A stretch of 64,000 bases of DNA from Anolis carolinensis (Eukaryota): NCBI RefSeq assembly GCF_035594765.1, contig NC_085842.1, positions 270,491,749-270,555,748 of the forward strand, in the 5' to 3' direction. The notes beneath the pieces were generated by a model. The model was not told where the DNA came from, searched no databases, and was given only the letters and a program-made list of their open reading frames with translations. This document shows positions 1 through 14,290 of the stretch, piece by piece. Made by a program: the position numbers and the translations under genes. How positions within the stretch are numbered: the stretch's first letter is position 1; every line of letters starts with the position of its first letter.

Positions 1-1995
1 TCTACATATTACAGTACAGTATAAAATATGTGCCACTTGAACATGAAACATGAACCAAATTAATAGCAGAATGCTGTCATATAGTAATCTCTTTTGTCTT
101 TTGTGTTACTTGCCTACAGACGTACGAGGGATATTTTTATACAAAAGTGCAGTTAATTTAGTCACTGAAGGAGTTTTACTTATTTTTTTATTGAACTTCA
201 CATGGAAGACATATTGATTCATAGGTTAGATTCAATTTTGAAATGGAACAGGACCTAATATCTTGTTTCATGAATGGCTTCAGTAAAGGACCTCCTCTCA
301 AGATTCTTTTGCCAGCAGATATACCATGTCTGTCACGATCTTCAACTTTTACTGTGTCATGGAACTAACAGCCCTTTGTCCCCCACCCCCATTTCTTCTA
401 TTAGACATGTAGATTAGATTATTCCAAATATTTGTAAGTTAAGCAAATTGTACATGTTATAAATGACTGCTGAACCACCCATGTGAAGGGTGGCCATAGG
501 ACTAGTCGTTGTTCTCTTTGCTAGATCCTGCATGTTAAAGATAGCCATGGGACTAGTTATTCTACTGAATTAGAACCAGATGTTTATTACGAATTCCTAC
601 AGATATTCTATTTTTTAAAATTGGGTGTGTGGAATGATCACTGCACGTCTGCTGCTGTATATATAGTAAAATTTTGAAGCCATTAAAAAAATTAAAACAA
701 GCTTATACTTTAATGCCAAAGTCAATTAAACAGCAGGGGCATGAAATGATGTTAACTATTACGAAATTTGTCCTGGATTCTGTGCTTGGTATTGGCAGTG
801 CTGACAATAGAAATTATCTTGGGATTTGAGAACTGCTCATCACATTTTGTCCTGCATGTTAGAGAATCATTAGAGGATTAAAAATAGTGGAAGGACATTG
901 TAATGCCCCATAGTTGTAACTTCAGTTATATATTGTCTCACTATTCTATTAGCAAAGGTGGAATGAGAGAATAATTGTTGTGACATAATTCTTAAAACTG
1001 TTCTCTTCAGCAGAAAATATGTTTTTAGATTAACTGAAAAGTTACCTTGCTGATTAGATACATGCATGTCCATGAAATTCTTCCACTTGTTGTAATTACC
1101 ATACTTTAGATAGCTCTGATGTCAGCCCTATGCAATTGGGAAGGGAGGCAGAAGGGATATTATTTCTGAGATAAACTATGCATTTTGTACCCATAAATAA
1201 GCTGATAAAAAGCCCTAATGTTTCTTGGAAAGTATTTTAATAGACATTTTTCCTATTTTCATTCATCAATAATATTTTATAGGAGAGTGAAAGAACAAAT
1301 ATCTAAGAGCTACTGGGATTAGTATTGGCATAAATTTCTTATGGAGAGGCAATGTCAATTTCAACGGATGTGCATCAATCACACAGAAGGTCTATATGAA
1401 TGTTGTGGAAGTGATTTTCTTTTTGGCTTTTTAAGTGTTAGAAGCAAGACCTTTATGCAGATGGGCCATTGTTCTCCATAACCATGAATAGATTGTCAGC
1501 ACATGCCTCGGGGCAGGGTTAACAAATACCAATCATAGTCGCATTCTATCAAGCCTGATGGACTGTAGCTCTAAAGTTAGACACATGGTCAACGCATGTT
1601 AAACAACTCATGTCTGCATTGTTTAGCACGATGCTGTAGTCATTTTCTTAATTTTTGTTGTGTTTATGTCTCCTAATTAATTCTCAGAACTGAAGTTTTC
1701 ATGTATGATCAAATAGTTTTATATTTTATCTGAGCAGGGTATTATTTTATATTGTGCTGCGGCAAAGTTTATTACAGAATGTAAACGCCAGCGACGGAGT
1801 TTCCCTTTGTTTTAAAATATCTAATAAGCATGTTTATGCATATCTCTTAAGAACAGTCACAATTATTGTCACTTTAGTATTTCCAGATTAATGCTTCAGT
1901 GGCAGAAATAACAAAGCAATATGTTTTGAATTGATATGATACCATATTTTGGTGAGTAAATATTATTAGTAACACACCCACAGACAAAATTGGCA

Positions 1996-2303
1996 CAGTA
2001 GAGTCTCACTTATCCAACATAAACAGGCCGGCAGAACGTTGGATAAGCGAATATGTTGGATAATAAGGAGAGATTAAGGAAAAGCCTATTAAACATCAAA
2101 ATAGGTTATGATTTTACAAATTAAGCACCAAAACATCATGTTATACAACAAATTTGACAGAAAAAGTAGTTCATTACATATTAATGCTATGTAGTAATTA
2201 CTGTATTTACAAATTTAGCACCAAAATATCACAATGCATTGAAAAACTTGACTACAAAATTGCGTTGGATAATCCAGAATGTTGGATAAGTGAGACTCTA
2301 CTG
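1996..2303 (+). mobile_element. Tc1/mariner (Tigger/pogo-like) MITE
   Basis: TIRs cagtagagtctcacttatccaac ... gttggataagtgagactctactg, with TA on the right flank. Confidence 0.9.
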
Positions 2304-3740
2304 TAGCTTTTATTCTCCCCTCTTTTCTGCCTAAATCCCCAATTGTGAAGTCAGACTATTCCTGAAAAGGAATAAATGAAAGGGATGATGGGTTGGAGAA
2401 GGGGATAAACCCTGAGCCTGAACAGTGTAATGCAGTCAGCCTTGATAAAAAGTAAATCGAAAACAAGAGAAAGATGATGGGAAAAAGAGGGAGCGTGGAA
2501 TCCATAAATCACTCGATAGAACATATAAAGATGTATGGATGTTAATTATGAGGTTTTTTAATTCTGCCATAGATAAAATGGGATAAATGTTATGAGTCTG
2601 AACCCACGTATTACTGCTAGATGGGAATAACATGAAAGAATTGGGAATTGAAATTCACAAGAGTACATCTCTATAAATCAGCCTGGCAAAGAGGCTGGTG
2701 TAGCCTGGATTGTTAAATTTCTGTGGTCTGGAGACAGACTGTAAGAAATCCCTGGCTGACTTTAGTTTCTGCTTGGATGTGATATCCTTCAGTTTATGTG
2801 ACTCAGGTCATCAGTACGAAAGTTCAGTTGATAAGTCTAAATGATGCCTTTGACAGAAACTCCTCTTTTCCCATTCTCCTTACCATCCCTCTCCATCCCT
2901 CTCACTAAGTTAAATGCCCACAGAGATGAAAAAAAATCAATAGTCAGGTGGGGTTTGCAGTTGCAGGGATTAAAGCCATTGGAGCTGGGAGAATTTGAGG
3001 ACGAAAGCCTGATCTCTTTGGAATCAAGGCTCTGACATGCTGCACAGCACGAATGTGCCCCTGATTGCCCTCTCACTTTATTATCCACATGCCTTGCCAC
3101 AATTGTGCTCCTGAAACCTTGCAGCCTGGACTAGTGTGCTATTCTTGAGGCTGGAACAAGAATTCCCAAAGGATCAAAAGGAGGTTTATGACTGTTTATG
3201 CTGAAGAATGCTTGTCTGTCTGGTACACTCTCTTGGAAAGTATATTTTCTTTCCTCCATCCCTCCAAAAAGATGGAAGGCAGAAGAGGAAACATAAAAAT
3301 GTATACGGTTTAGTGAAAAAAGATATTGCAGTATTAAACAGCTGGCACCTAAGTGCATGGATTTACAAAAGGGAAGTGAATGTTGCTGTGTAAGTGCTTA
3401 ATGGGTAATGTAGTTCATATCTGTTACCCTGATCTCTATGCGTATCATTTTTCACAGTATTAGAAGAAAATGTAGGATGGTCATCTTAACCATACAACAA
3501 AATTTAAAATACAGATGGTAGTGATATCTTTCTTTGGCCAAAAAAGAGCTTTGAAATACATTGTGTAGTTATGAGCCCTAGAGGCTATTTCATCAGGCAA
3601 AAGTGATCTAAAAAGCATGCAGGAGAAGAACATTGAAAGCATTCAGCAAAAAAAGGTTAAAGTTATGTATGATGATTCTGTGGTTCTTAGCAGATGGGGG
3701 CTATAAGGAGACTGGAAATAATGGTGATGTACACGTAGTT

Positions 3741-4062
3741 AGGCCCTCTGGTGGCACAGTGGGTTAAACTGTTGAGCAGCTGAACTTACTGACTGAAAGG
3801 TTGGCAGTTTGAATATGGGGAGCAGGCTGAGCTCCCACTGTTAGCTCCAGCTTTTGCCAACCTAGCAGTTTGAAAACATGCAAATGTGAGTAGATCAATA
3901 GGTACCGCTCCGGTGGGAAGGTAACAGCACTCCATGCAGCCATGCCGGCCACATGACCATGGAGGTGTCATTGGAGAACGCCAGTTCTTCGGCTTAGAAA
4001 TGGAGATGAGCACCAGAGTCAGACATAACTAGACTTAATGTCAGGGGAAACCTTTACCTTTT
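3741..4062 (+). mobile_element. Sauria SINE
   Basis: tRNA-like head ggtggcacagtgggttaa, body gcagtttgaaaacatgcaaatgtgagtagatcaataggtacc, Bov-B-like tail and (ACCTTT) end. Confidence 0.92.
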
Positions 4063-4137
4063 TGTCAAGGGTTCCACAAGATCTTTTGCATCCTGATCCA
4101 GACTAACACTGCTATGTCTTTGAATATTTACACATCT

Positions 4138-4694
4138 AATAATAATAATAAATAAACAAACCTTTATTTATATATTGCTCCATCTCCTCGAGAGGACTCA
4201 GGGCGGTTTGCAGCATGTAAAAAACAGTCAGTTGTCAAAACAACATATGAACAACATGAACGAACTAACAATAAAACAATAAAAACAATATCATAAAACA
4301 GCAGTAAAAACAGTTCAATCTAAAATGAAGACAGTTACAGTACCAATCAACATAAAGGAGTCCAATACAGTAATCAGGACTGCAAGGTAGACACAATCAA
4401 TTAAAAGATAGATAAAGACTTGTACTTCAGAGTATGATAGGACCCGGAGTGGATAGCGTGTAGACCAAGTTCAACATGTTGAACAGCCAACTAATCTTGT
4501 TCAAAGACATCCTGGAATCACCAGGTTTTCAGTTCCTTGCGGAAAGAGGGCAATGTAGGGGCTTGCCTGATGTCTTTGGGGAAGGCGTTCCAGAGCCAGG
4601 GAGGGCCACCATCAAGAAGGCCCGTTCTCTTGTCCCCACGAGCCGCACTTGGGATGGTAATGGGAACGAGAGAAGGGCCTTCCTGGCAGATCTG
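4138..4694 (-). mobile_element. L2-type LINE 3' fragment
   Basis: (AAT)n/tttatttata tail, gactcagggcgg hairpin motif, ggcgttccagagc...gaaggcccg L2 ORF2-end signature. Confidence 0.7.
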
Positions 4695-7020
4695 CTGGTA
4701 GAAACCTCAAAAGGTCATTTCACACTTCGCAATTATACTATATATAGGGTTGGGGGTATTCTCTTCTCACTATACATTGGTCCAGGGGAATACTGGTTTG
4801 AGTATCCCAAAGCAGCTTTGTACAAGTAGAGCTACAGAAGAGCCGAGCTTTCCTAGCTTAGCCTAAAACTTTAGTATTTTCATCATGGATGTTTTGTTAA
4901 AGCTTTTAAAATTATTTTCATTTAGCTATATCAAGGCCAGGCAGTTCATGCTGATCAATTTTACCTTGTGATTTGTAGACCAAAACCGAAAGGCATCTGA
5001 GTACTTATCTGGGCAATAACTTAACACTACGTACTTTCCTTCCACTGTTGCTGATTGTACTCCCATTTGTATGATCCAATTAGTGTGAAACATTCTGCTG
5101 CCCGTGAAGGATTACAGCATGAAGAAGAGGGTCAAGTTAGAGTGATCTTTCACTCGCTGGAAATCAGGTAGCAAGAAAGTATTGATGTGAATGTGGTCGG
5201 TCGTTGCAGTCTGTTATGAGGGAGCCATTTCCAGTCTGATGTACTATTCCAGGGACCTGATTCTGCTCAGCTGTGTAATTGTGATGGAAATGGCCCAATC
5301 AATGGTAGCAACTTAGTCACAACCTTTTGGGAGTCTTGTTTCAGCAGAGTGAATGAAGAAAAAAACAAAACGAGAAGTTGCAAATGAGAAGCTGCTCTGC
5401 TTGATTTGTAATGAACAAGTAATAAACACCCTGGCTTCCCATGGAAGCCTGATGCTTACAGAGCCGCCACAGCTCTCTGCCTGTGACCATGTTTTATTTT
5501 GATCATCTGCAGCATAGCAGAGACAGGTAATTATCATAATCTAACAATTAGCCTGGCATCCTTTCCCAGTGTTTAATTACCCAGATAAATAGTGATTGAA
5601 TAGTGAGGACTTAATGACAAAACAGGAAAAAAACTTTTCCTTTGCCTCTCATACTGCTTTCCTGATTTGGACTTGGTTTTGCAGAGTCATTATTTGTTAT
5701 GGGCCATATTATATCCTCCCAGAAGCATACGATTTTTTTGTTGACTTCATAAACACAGATCACCTAAAGGAGGTTGCTTTCCTAGACATTTGCTGTTGTA
5801 AATTAATTGTTCCAATTTGCTGATTTGTCGGATTTTTTGTTTAAAAAAGATAAGTGTTTAACAAGAAGTACACCACTTTTTTAGTAGCTAAAAGAGCTGA
5901 AATTAACAATCTGCCTGATTATTCTATTGTTATGTGAATATAAATTAATGGTGTTTTCAACCATTTTCTGAGAACACTTTATTAGAAAGCACAGAATATC
6001 TAACAAAAGGAACATAGTTTATTTATAGGTATTTCAAAAATATTGTTTTAAATTAAATGTTCAGCTTCCCAAAGATAGCGCAGTGTACTATTTTTGCAGT
6101 GGTTTTATCCCTTAGCAAGTCTAATTAATAACTATTGTACTAGAGTTTTAAATCTATATGGCTAAAAGTACTGAGAAAAAATTGAAATGAATGTATTGAG
6201 CTGTTCAGAATAATAGCAGGATAATGACTGTGCAGTTGAGAGCTTAGTTTCTGTAGTGCGCACTGAATGTTAAACTACTGACAGCATTTTATTTAGATCA
6301 TGAGAACAGAGTTGCTGGATAGTTTAATGTAATTGCATATGTACTGCATTTAAAATAATACTAATGTTTTACAATGGTTTTGTGTAATTAACATCAAGAT
6401 ACTTTGCTGTTAAAACACAGTCTAATTCCTCTATTGTGCATTGCATTGATTTGTCACCTTAGAGGTGATACTAGCAGTATCACCTAATACAAGTGGCTAG
6501 TTTCATAAATTGCCACATTTGGCATTTCATTTCTGTTTGGTCCCAATTACAGTCTGTCCCATATGCCTATGTATAAATACCCACTAAAGATAACATTTCT
6601 GAGGTCTCCAAAAACATATATCATCATGTAGATTGATAGTCTTTAGCTACTGAAAGGCTCTTTGCTTTATGTTATAGCTGGATTGGTCAGTTTACCGGTA
6701 CAGGTTAGCTTGCTGGGAATGGCTTGAAAATCAAGAAGACACTAGTTCATATCCACTGTTCCATGTGTAATGCATTTTTTTTTGTAATCAGTGGGGGAAA
6801 CATACACAAGCCATTTGATTCTGAATCATGTTTCTTCTTGTTCATTGAAGTCCCCAGGTTTCTGGCTCTACTATCTTTTCCAGAAAAGAACAGATCGCTT
6901 TGCTAAGTAAAAATACAATGTTCGTACTACATATACACAGAGAACCACTGTGTCTAAACTGATCTGTAACAAGAGATAGCAGATTTACTTCTAGGATCCA
7001 TGCTACAATATAATTCTAAC

Positions 7021-7172
7021 GGAAGCCAAGGTGGTGGGTTGCACTAGGGGCGGGATGAGAGGGGTACTTGTACCATGGGTGGTGGGATGTCTGTGTATGT
7101 GTACATGTTTGTAATGTGTATTGTGGGTGTATCATAATTTTAGAAAAAAAATATTTAAAAAAATAAAAAATC
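7021..7172 (+). mobile_element. Short retroposed fragment (L1-like 3' end) with A-rich tail
   Basis: G/GT-rich body and A-rich tail. attctaac is duplicated at 7013-7020 and 7173-7180. Confidence 0.5.
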
Positions 7173-8746
7173 ATTCTAACATTTCTATTGTGCATATTCA
7201 TACAGAATGAACAAGAGATCCCTTTGCCTTCTGTAAAGCAAAATCTCTTTCAAATAAGTGGCATGAATATAAGAATTGAAAATAAAAATAAGTGGAACTT
7301 ACTTGAAAACAGAGTTGTTTCTTCCAGAGCATGTGCTTTAGAATGCAGAATATGACTAATATATATGATTTGTATGGGAGGAGACACAAGCAGAAGATAG
7401 TGTTGTTTTTTTATCCATCTATATGATAATGGGCAATTAGTGTCAGTTGTGCTGTATTTTACGCTAAGATTTTATAGGGTTTTTTTGCAAGGAAGAAAGT
7501 CAGAGGGAGCAGCATGCAAAAAATGCTACTGCATTCTAAGTATCTAGTTAAGTAGATCATCTCTTATATCCACAGCCAACAAAGCTATTAAATTCAAGAC
7601 AAGACTTGCATATGTTTCAGAATTACAATTATGAAAAAATGCACGTGACACTGGCCGTGCCTGCATTTTGTAATGATGGATAAACATAGCACCAGCATCA
7701 ATTTCAAAACATTTTGTCAGTATTTTGTCTTTCTCCAGTTCAAAGTGTCAGGTAGTTTCTTTTTGTATTCAGCATTTGTGCTGGTGGAACAAATAGGAGG
7801 TGTCTGCGAAATGAAGTACCTGTACATATGATTCAGCTCAGAACTAATCTGTTGGGTTTGGTGTCAGTATGAGTTTGAGGTAATGAATTCTCATTATCTT
7901 GCCACTGAGATAATTTTGGTTAGGAGATACTTCATTTTCTCTGTCTTTGCCCTGTCTTTTCCACTCTTTACTGCCCATTATCTAGCTTAGTAGTGAGCAA
8001 CTTTCCATAAAATTGCATGAACACCACCTGACTGAACGTAAAGGTTACTTGTGTTTGAAGAATACTTGTGTGTTTTCCTATATGTAGCATATAGCCTATG
8101 AAAGCAAAAGTGCTTGATTAGGAAGAACATTTATGATTTCTCACAGTTTCTGTTTTTGAACACAGAATTTAGAAATGTTACTTTTATTAAGCACAGCTAT
8201 CAGAATCCTTCAGCCAACAAGGCCAATTGTAATTCAAATAAGTAATAATAGAATAATATTTTATTCATTATTTATTTATTATTATTAGAATGGCTTGAGG
8301 CAGGACCAGTTAAAATATATCATAATAATAAAATACATATATTTCTATAAATCATACATATTAAAATACAAGGAACAAAGATTAAAAACAATAGATACAA
8401 AATTATTGTAGCTTTTTCATGTTCTAAGCTAATAAATTTATTGGGGGAGGGGGAGTGCCAGCAAGGTTTTGAGTAAACATGTGTCTTTTTTATGAAGACA
8501 TACATAAACTTACAATAAGTTAATTTCTTAGAGGACCATGGACAATAGATTTTCATGAATACTTTTGTAAATTGGAAGAAAATGGCTCTTTCCCCTCATT
8601 AAACTGCCCATGTGTCAACAAATGATTACAAATATGTGAACACAGATCTGTGCAGACTAGTGTCATTTGTAAATAAATCTGCACTGTTATTCTAGGGGCT
8701 CACATACTAAATGAAAAAGAGGAACATCTGTAGTTTTCATGGACAC

Positions 8747-8945
8747 AACAACAACAACAACAACAACTTTATATTCCACAACCATCTCCCCAAAAAGACT
8801 TGGGGCGGCTTACAAGTGGAACCAAGCCCAATAATAACAGAGTTAATAAATAAAACACCTTTAAAATGCAGGTAAACATATAACAAGCTAATAAACCATT
8901 AAAACAATAAAGTATAAAAACATCATTAAAATAAATCAAACCAGT
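8747..8945 (-). mobile_element. LINE 3' tail with (CAA)n end, related to 61620-61844
   Basis: gacttggggcggcttaca...ccaagccca is the reverse complement of tgggcttgg...tgtaagccgcc. Confidence 0.6.
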
Positions 8946-11900
8946 CTCAATACATTGGAGAATAGAGTAGCACTGTAGATAATAGAGACAGTGAATGTAA
9001 GGAGGTGATTGACTATACCACAAAATGTCGCCTGCTGAGTTTTGATTTTGGAGAGGGTTTTTTAATTTTCCAAAATATATTTGCAACATTTTATCTCTTT
9101 ACATCAGCACAATACTTTCTGCTTCTTCAGAGCAGGAAAACAATTGAAATAGAAACTTTCACCTTCTTTTGATAGGTGGTTCTTTTTGCTTCCTTTCTTG
9201 ATTGTTTCCTTCTTTTTAGGCAGAGAGAAGGCTTTTTAGCATCAATCTGTTTGGACTACACATAATATTGCTGATATAATTCAAACAAGGTTTGGAGCAA
9301 TCATTATTATCAACTAGAAGAACAACTTTATAAAGTGCATCAGCACTTATTCCACATATGTGGAATAAGTGATAAACCATATGTGATAAACCTTGAAAGA
9401 GTTTGGGGCTGTTCCTTCTATGTACCTTCCCCAGACTGGACTGAGTTCTGATGAAGGGAACTTCCTCTGTGTCCCAATAGTGAGCACTATTGGAAGACAT
9501 GAGAGAAGGTAATTCAGCTATAGTATTTCTCACATCAGAAAAGTATTTTCTGTCAAAATCCTTGAGGTCTAATGATTTTGCCCAAATCATTTCAGTTTTT
9601 TAAAAATATGTTTAATGCTTTAATTGTCAGGCTGTTCATTATACTTTATTGTTTTATTGAGATCCTGTGACATGTAATATATACATATAAATATTTCAGT
9701 CCTCCTCTTTCTTTGTTCTTAAATGATCACATCCGTATTGTTGTAAATAACAAAATACAGAAAGCTCTGTTGTGTTGATAATATTACCCAGAGTTATGCA
9801 ATACCATTACTTGCTATGTTGAGATGTCTAAATAATATGTCAAAGTTAGACATAATGCCATAGGCCAGATATTCCCCTCTACTGCAGGTTCCTAGGGCCA
9901 ACCAAAGTTTTTGTACAACTTGACATTCAATTGTTAAATGCTCTGAATTATGTAACTAATTTTCAACTTCAGAGTATTTCTTAATATGGTTATACAAATG
10001 AGATATAAAGTCATCAGTTTGATTTTCTTCTTTGATTTTCATTTTTTGCTTATCCAAAATGGAAAGGAACTGATAGCCTGAAAAAGAACTATATACCTCT
10101 TTGTGAAGTAGTAAGGACGGTACTGTCAATAAACATTAGGACACGAGTGGTGTATTAATGATAGAGATATCTAATTGGTAAATGAGTTTTAATACTGAAT
10201 GGAGAATAAAATCAGCAAGTATTAATGAAATTAAGCATTCTAATTTGAGATATCTATGTAACTGATCATAACTAAATAGCCGCAGGACACATATGATGTC
10301 TTGTTATATTTGTTTTATTCACAATTATGCAAACAGAATACATTGGGAGTAAATAGATGTTCAGCAGGCATCAAATTTGTTAACTGCTCTTCAGATTTCC
10401 GGAGAGCTTCTTTGCCTCAAGGTTCTTCAGCATCTGCCAACTCAAAATTCTCTATGTCTCTACCTTCTTCTAATTGAGAAGTGCTACAGGCAAAATGCAT
10501 ATGTGCCCATTTTTAAAGGATCGTTGAATTAATTTTATTAAGAGTCTATGTCCACTCATTCGTGGTGTTCAAGACAGTTTAAACTCACAAGGCAATATTT
10601 TCATTTCTTTTTATTGGCAGACAAATGTAGGATTTTCTTTCCCCCCCAAATGCATACATTTCTCTGCAGATCCTGTGCTGTGGGAAAATGCAATCAAATT
10701 AGTGGTGACACTGCTTTTTAATTTTCACATATTTTTTAAAAAGTGCGGGCAACCTTGAAGCTATTCATTAAGAGATAATACAATTTCAAAGGCAATTTAT
10801 TACTCTTAACATTTCTATAAATGCTATAGTTGCTAAAGTACTAGTATATGCTGTTTACTGAGGATCAATCTATACGTGAGAGTTCTGTGAGTGAACCTCC
10901 AGTGTCAGAACTTCCAAAATTGCGTTTGTGAAGAATAAATATGATGAGATGAAGCTAACCATGAGAAGTAGGTTGGACTATAATTGGGACCTAGAGCATT
11001 ATCTTACCTTTGCTTAGTTATGGATTGCAGTATTTCATTATATTTATTAGCCTTAAAAGTAATTTTGCAGGCTCCATTTCAGATAGCTTTTTCCTTATAA
11101 CATCCAACCATGGGGAGCACGGTTTCCTAACAAACTCCTCTAATGAAGCTGCTATTTATTCCCATTGGTAAAATATTATATAATTTGGGGACATTGGCAG
11201 GAGAAATAAATGCTTTAGGGATGAGGGGTCTGTAATAAAGAGAAAGGTGTGTGGACTCCCCTGATCTAGTTTGCAACAGTCCTGGCCAGGAACAGCAGCC
11301 CTTACATGTGCTTTTTCTAAATGTAAATGTGACTTCCAGTCACAGAAATCCCTTATCAAATTTCATTGATATTAATGGTTAAAGTGGATGTGAATTTGAA
11401 GAGAAATCCCATTGACTAAGTTTCTAGAGGAAACGGCGTAGTGCCCTGTGTATTGCCTAGAATTAGATTTATCAGGCTTTTGTTCCTATGCTACATGCAT
11501 TTTCCCCACTGTTAAAAACCTATATTGTAGTAGCTAAATGATTGTAAGAGATGAATAGATTGCTCTGAATATATCCTTGGAGAAGGCCAGATGATCATTG
11601 CTTTTTGCCCTCAAATTAGATAGAAGGATCCACTTGGCAGATTTTAGGTCCATCAGGTGCTTAAAATATGTGCCTCAAGTGAAAAGGAACATTATAGTTA
11701 AATATGTCACGGTGTCTTTATTATTCTCTGTGCATTTGACAGTGGCTGCTGTCAAGGAATAAAAATCAGAGGTAGTGACCAAACAGTACAGAGTGGATAA
11801 GATAGCTGCTGGATATCTGTATTGGAAGAACACGCCCCACACTGTGTAGCTGTGGTTTAAAGCAACTATTTTGCATGCTTCACATGAGATGCTTTATACT

Positions 11901-12857
11901 GACCAGTAAACATCTGATTCTGAGTCTACTCACACAACCTTTGACTGGTTTGGTGGAAGCCTTATGCACTATCTGTAGAAATAAAGCTACAGTGATACAG
12001 TATGTTTTGCATCAGTTTATAATCCAAGAATGTTTTTTGCCATAAACCTATAGTCCGTGTACTTCATTAGGGCTAACAGTGTTGAGAATATCATGGATGG
12101 TTGGCAAAGTTACTAAATATACACCTTCCACCTGCAAGATGCTGTTGGGAGTTTGGAGTGAAATATTTTTGCTCTACCTGGTACTAATCTACTGCACTAT
12201 TACAGTGACAGCAAAAACAACCTTACTACTGTTGCAGCTAATACTGCTTACCACTGCTGATAATAAAAGTGCATTGGTAAAAATGCCTTGTACTGCCTTT
12301 CTCATCTGGCTCTCATTCCAAACTGTCAGGTGAGTGCTGATAATTCATAGCCTCGAATTCTTTTATCTGAACTGCAGTATCTCTTCCATATATTTTGGCA
12401 GTAGACTTATATAGCTTTTCAAAAATCTTTCAAAGGTGTACCAGGGTTTTCTTGGATCTCGACTAAATGTTGTCAGCAGTAAAGAAAAACTCAAGATGAA
12501 TGAGTATTGTAGGAAATGTATGTGCCTGTAATGAGCCTTCCTTGTGGTACAGAAATAGTATCTCCCAGCCTGTTGGACCGTTTGGTATTTTTGTTATATG
12601 CAAGTACATATAGATGTTTTCATCTTTTTGCCTAGTAAAGAAATGCAGGATTGACTCTTTATAGAAAAGCAGAATATCATACAGGTTTGGAGGCAATTTT
12701 ATAAGAGCAAAGAATACAGGCAGATACAGTAGTGGACCATCTTTAAAGGAAACCACATTCAAAACAGCTGCTTTGTTTATTTCTCGAGCGATTCCCACAC
12801 AGGATTGCTTTTTGAAGAAAGAGATATATGTATATATATTGCAGTAAAGTTACCTGA

Positions 12858-13208
<351 letters not shown>

Positions 13209-13713
13209 TAACACCTGGAGGAAACCATGGTAATTTTTTTCACCTATACAGAGGGCCAGTTTGCATGTACGGCAGATGTGTTTGAGTATATATTTGTAGA
13301 TTTTAGCATCCCTAGATAAAATATCTCGGAAACTGGGAATGAAAATGAGATGAAAAGCACATTTTTTTCTTTCTCACACAAAACTGCATATCCAGCTGCA
13401 TTCATGTGAAACAAATTAACATTGCTGGAGCTTTCTTTGCTTTTTTCCTGTTCACATACATTTAAAAAACAGTCTTATAGTATCCAGATAGGAGGCAGAG
13501 TAGTAGATGATGGATGTTGTTACTGTGCAATCATTTTTTACACCAATGATCATATTTGGTGATGGTGTCACAATAATATCTTGGAACACATGATGATTGT
13601 ACAGTGCAAGTTGTGACAAAGTTTTTGATGGATCTAGGTATCTCAAGAAGAAAAGTATGAGCGGCGTACACCTAGCAGCTGCATGGATAAATAATGCAAT
13701 GATTTTGATACTA

Positions 13714-14058
13714 CAGTAGAGTCTCACTTATTCAACATTCGCTTATCCAACGTTCTGGATTATCCAACACAAGTTGCCTTTTAGTAGTCAATGTTTTTGT
13801 AGTCAATATTCTCAATACATTGTGATGTTTTGGTGCTAAATTCATAAATACAGTAATTGCTACATAACATTACCGTGTACTAAACTACTTTTTTTCTGTG
13901 AATTTGTTGGAAAACATGATGTTTTGTTGCTTGATTTGTAAAATCATAACGTAATTTGATGTTTAATAGGCTTTTCCTTAATCCCTCCTTATTATCCAAC
14001 ATTTTTGCTTATTCATCATTCTACCGTCCCGTTTATGTTGGATAAGTGAGACTCTACT
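13714..14058 (-). mobile_element. Same Tc1/mariner MITE family, opposite orientation
   Basis: TA + cagtagagtctcactta TIR. Interior is the reverse complement of 1996-2303. Confidence 0.9.
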
Positions 14059-14078
14059 ACTCCTTTAAAAGGTTCTAA

Positions 14079-14290
14079 ATAGTGGGCCTTTTGTATCCAT
14101 TAAGGTTTGATTCTAGGACCTCCAGTGGATACCAAAATCCATGGATGCCCAAATTCCATTATATACAATGGTATAATAAAATGGTGTCCCTTATCTATAA
14201 TGGCAAAATCAAGGCTTGCTTTTAGAATTTTTAACATATTTTCAAACTGTGAGTGGATGCAGAATGAGAGGACACTGAGAGTCCACTATA
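14079..14290. mobile_element. Degenerate Tigger-like MITE
   Basis: tagtgggcc...gtatcc and gtccacta termini; gtggataccaaaatccatggatg motif typical of Tigger-like elements. Confidence 0.55.
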
